The notes under the pieces: generated by a model
Seen by the model: the letters and a program-made list of their open reading frames with translations, nothing else
Database searches by the model: none
What the model was told of the DNA's origin: nothing
Translations under genes and position numbers: made by a program
Part shown: piece by piece, positions 62,801 through 64,000 of the stretch
Layout: each line of letters begins with the position of its first letter
How positions within the stretch are numbered: the stretch's first letter is position 1
Source of the DNA: Phoronis australis
Lineage: Eukaryota; Animalia; Phoronida
Assembly (NCBI GenBank): GCA_002633005.1
Contig: NMRA01000084.1
Location: forward strand, 651,267-715,266
Direction of reading: 5' to 3'
DNA length: 64,000 bases

Positions 62801-64000
62801 CAGCCATAGTGCTGAAATGTACATTTGCGTTTTGTAGGCAGTTTTGAAATTGATGACGTGCTTCCCAACTGTATGTAATAACGAGAAAAGGGCAATAATT
62901 ACTCCGGGCGGTTATTAAAGAGAGGACCTTCTTTGAGGAGTGCATCTCAAAGCAGCATTTTACCCTGTTTTAGCGAAAAACGAAGCCGAATTAGTCTTTT
63001 TACACTTGCAACATCGGTCTCAGAATTGCCATTTACATGATGTCTGATGTTTCCCAGAACAACATACAAACCTTTAACAGCTCAAGAAACTCGTCATGGG
63101 AAAATCGTTGATTTTATTGAAATTCGAAAATGGCTGGCAGGCGGACTTACATTCAAAAACAAGTTAGTCACGTGATACAACAATGATCATTCCTTGTGAG
63201 TAAAGCGTAGATAAGGGTCCGTGCCGTGAAATGTAACCAAAACATTGTCATAGTTAAGACGTTCACTTGAGAAACCCTGATGTGGCTTAAAGTTATCGTT
63301 ACTTTCATGTGAGCAGGTTAATCGCACTGCAATGTCTCTACAGTGATATGACAGTTCTCGAATCGAAAGCAAAGGATCTTTAATTTTGATTTTGTTTAAG
63401 GACATATTAGATTGTGAAAAATATCAACGAATTTTGTTATTCGACATTTGACAATGATGATAGCTATAGTACCTTTGGTCATTTAGAGCTATTTCACAGA
63501 AGGCTAACTTTTGGATTTAGCTTAGACCGATTTCGGTATTAATTTTGGTCTTAAAATCATGCAACGGGGATAAGACAATTTGGTCTTGCGCTAGCCCGAC
63601 GTCGGTGTAAGTTAATACAGAAAAAGTTTCAGGTATTAAAGGGGACGCTGGCCTTTGTTCCCTTGACCCCACGACATTGGCTAGCTCTCGCTCCATCTGC
63701 ACCCGCGGCGAAAAATTTTTACTTACCGCCTGGAAACCAGAATTCAATCTCATACTTCAACACTCGAACCTCACCGACAGATCACTTCAGTGGCCCACAG
63801 TTTACTAAGATACATGTAGGCTTGTAAGTCCTCAAGCATACTCGTGTAACACTCGCCTTTCACCCGTGTGATTTTGCGAGGTTTTGGGAGTTCTCGCTTT
63901 TCTCGCAACAAACGGCTGCATGTAGTAGTAAGTCTATGGAACGTTCTGTTGGGTTTGGCTCCCCGGTTAAGAACTCGAATTACGTGTAAATATAGTTTTA

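Noticed and set aside
60000-63500. Short ORFs at the right end as a third gene
   Set aside because: No recognisable domains and no phase-consistent exon chain found.

Overview
Eukaryotic (invertebrate animal) genomic DNA, AT-rich, from a draft assembly (N gaps 21489-21789, 33334-33690, 38388-39275). Two convergent multi-exon genes can be rebuilt by hand with matching GT-AG splice phases. (1) An NR4A/HR38 orphan nuclear receptor on + (8 coding exons, ~614 aa, 3806-17158), with a second candidate first exon encoding a vertebrate-like 'MPC' start. (2) An NWD1/NWD2-like DUF4062-NACHT-WD40 STAND NTPase on - (19 coding exons, ~1611 aa, 53927-24801). The remainder is intronic or intergenic DNA rich in small transposon relics: G/C-rich MITEs with 5-bp TSDs, a 79-bp hairpin MITE with an 8-bp TSD, a Kolobok-like element with a decayed THAP ORF, a TA-TSD element nested in a foldback, Penelope and LINE fragments, tRNA-SINE heads, and a Helentron/HINE-like satellite carrying CTCF-like motifs. 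There are no CRISPR arrays, rRNAs or prokaryote-type systems, and I see no clearly novel multi-gene system. The best leads are the dual first exons and altered ligand pocket of NR4A, the NLR-like NWD receptor, the same-orientation CTCF motif cluster and the 5-bp-TSD MITE family. All family assignments rest on recalled motifs, not database searches.
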